64,000 nucleotides of DNA from Mobula hypostoma. Taxonomy: Eukaryota. A program made the translations under genes and the position numbers. The stretch is from assembly GCF_963921235.1 (NCBI RefSeq), contig NC_086097.1, positions 61,134,001 to 61,198,000 of the forward strand, in the 5' to 3' direction. Positions within the stretch are counted from its first letter, which is position 1; each line of letters starts with the position of its first letter. Shown in pieces: positions 62,427 to 64,000 of this stretch. The notes under the pieces were generated by a model. That model saw nothing but the letters and a program-made list of their open reading frames with translations, made no database searches and was not told the origin of the DNA.

Positions 62427-63289
62427 TGTTACGAGAATACACATAAAATTAAGATGTTTGCTGGCCTGGGCTAGCATCAGTGGCATCAGCGGTTGGTCTG
62501 CCACCTGCCCTCAGGGGAAGGAGAGATAAGCAACAGTGGAGCAGCGTCTGGAGATGTGTGGTGAGGGGACGTGGGAGAGAGAGCTGTCTGGAGCGGCTCC
62601 CCCTTTGAACCCTGAACTGTTTGAAGTGATGGACAGGCGATACCCCAGCAGGGGGATAAAAAGGGACAGGTTCGCTAAGGCGGGGACACACGCCACCCGA
62701 GGTAACGAGACCCTGGAAGCGGTGCGCCTCTCACGAGTGGGTGAGAAGTACCAGACAACGACAAGGGTGGAAAGGTACGATCAGCGGGAACCCGGTGTGT
62801 GTCCGCCCTTGCCTGGGTGCCGGGTTCACTGCAGAGGATCGACCGCATCTGGAGGGGGGGGTCACAGTCGGTGACCTCAGGTGACATCACCAAGGACCTG
62901 CCCAAAAGCTGTTTTGTGAGCCATCTCGCTGGTCTGTGAGCCATCTTGCTGGTCTGTGAGTGAAGCCGTTCTGAATGATGAGTTGTTCCTGTTCTATGTC
63001 TCTCTTCCCCCACGTTGTCCATCGCCATGGCAACGATTACTGCGAACTGAACTTTGAGTCATTTTGAAATTGGTCATTTACCCCTAGACAACGATAGAGC
63101 TTGATTGATGCTGTTATCTTAATTCTGTGCACATGTATGGTTATCATTGTTGAATTGTTGCATTTATTATCCTTTCGATTACTGTGTTGCTTGTTTCTTT
63201 AATAAAACTTTCTTAGTTCTAGTACTCCAGACTCCAACTGAGTGATCCATTTCTGCTGGTTTGGCAACCCAGTTACGGGGTACGTAACA
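62427..63289 (+). mobile_element. 5' LTR (863 bp) of a young Gmr1-like Gypsy element
   Basis: Perfect inverted termini TGTTACG...CGTAACA, AATAAA near 63201, CpG-rich, followed by a PBS. Confidence 0.92.
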
Positions 63290-63293
63290 TAAG

Positions 63294-63311
63294 TGGGGGC
63301 TCGTCCGGGAT
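63294..63311 (+). promoter_or_regulatory. Primer-binding site, tRNA-Pro
   Basis: TGGGGGCTCGTCCGGGAT, an exact 18-nt canonical Pro PBS. Confidence 0.95.
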
Positions 63312-63387
63312 TTTGAATGCTAAATTTGGGACGGAGTAAATTGATTGGGTTAAAATTCCCGAAAGAAAGAAAAGACAAACAGCAGAA

Positions 63388-64000
63388 ATGGAGGTTGAGG
63401 AATTTATAAAGGCGCCGACCTTGGAGGCATTAGAGGATGCCAGGAAATCGGAATTGATAGCTGTGGCCAAACGGGTGAATCTTGCTAAGGTGAAGTCGAC
63501 AATGAGGAGAGAGGAGATACACAGAGCTATTGTAGAGCACTATGTATCTAAAGGTGTGTTTCCCCAAGGTGAGCTGGGGGAGGTGTCTATTGAAAAACCT
63601 GCTGGAGACGCGGTACAGGTACAGCTTGAAAAACTGAGACTCGAGCACGAGTTCCGGGTACGGCAGTTAGAACACGAAGAGAGACGGTTAGAAAGGCAGG
63701 AGAGAGAGTTAGAAAGGCGGGAGAAAGAGAAAGAGGTAGAAAGGCAAGAGAGAGAAAGACAGTTGGAGAGAGAGGAGAAACAGAGGGAAAGGGAATTTGA
63801 GCTGCAGAAGTTAAAGATAAGGGCCGAGCAGGGGCTCGTGCCGAACCAAGGTGGAGGGTTCCGGGCGACCCAGGAGGTTAGGCTAGTTCCCCCATTTGAT
63901 GATACCGACGTGGATCGGTACTTCCTCCACTTCGAAAAAGTGGCTATAAGTCAGGACTGGCCGAGGGATAAGTGGGTTGTTTTACTTCAGAGTGTACTGA
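63388..64000 (+). CDS. Gag of a Gmr1-like Gypsy retrotransposon (partial, open to the window end)
   Basis: Manual translation gives 204 codons with no stop: MEVEEFIKAPTLEAL..., an E/R-rich coiled coil, then VRLVPPFDDTDVDRYFLHFEKVA...WPRDKWVVLLQSVL. It is absent from the ORF track, presumably because it has no stop within the window. Confidence 0.9.
   Translation, partial: MEVEEFIKAPTLEALEDARKSELIAVAKRVNLAKVKSTMRREEIHRAIVEHYVSKGVFPQGELGEVSIEKPAGDAVQVQLEKLRLEHEFRVRQLEHEERRLERQERELERREKEKEVERQERERQLEREEKQREREFELQKLKIRAEQGLVPNQGGGFRATQEVRLVPPFDDTDVDRYFLHFEKVAISQDWPRDKWVVLLQSVL

Noticed and set aside
62449..63028. Several 60-117 aa ORFs
   Set aside because: Chance frames within a GC-rich LTR.

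Overview
Repeat-dominated, AT-rich vertebrate genomic DNA, most likely from a cartilaginous fish (shark or ray). That assignment is an inference from the repeat complement: abundant CR1 LINEs with V-SINE/HE1-like partners, Rex1/Babar, L2, Penelope and Vingi. No host protein-coding gene is confidently recognisable. Most of the window is deeply nested retroelement debris. (1) A decayed Ty1/Copia element (about 1-8740, minus strand, probably GalEa-like) contains a TSD-bounded Gypsy provirus (2112-6688). That provirus contains a Penelope-like element with about 440-bp inverted ends, each carrying an intact-looking minimal hammerhead ribozyme motif. (2) A PNMA-type Gypsy gag remnant has an LTR split by a CR1 and a solo LTR. 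(3) There is a young solo LTR at 31929-32697. (4) A decayed class III (ERV-L/ERV-S-like) endogenous retrovirus with a tRNA-Ser-like PBS lies at about 47475-53628. (5) An L2 carries a Vingi-like insertion whose 5' junction contains an inverted copy of the target DNA. (6) The window ends in the 5' end of a young Gmr1-like Gypsy element (LTR, perfect tRNA-Pro PBS, open gag). A few minus-strand exon-like segments in unique DNA may belong to an unidentified membrane-protein gene (low confidence). I found no convincing wholly new biological system. The most notable items are the class III ERV, the hammerhead-bearing Penelope, the vertebrate Copia and the fold-back junction. All family calls come from motif recognition by eye, not from database searches.
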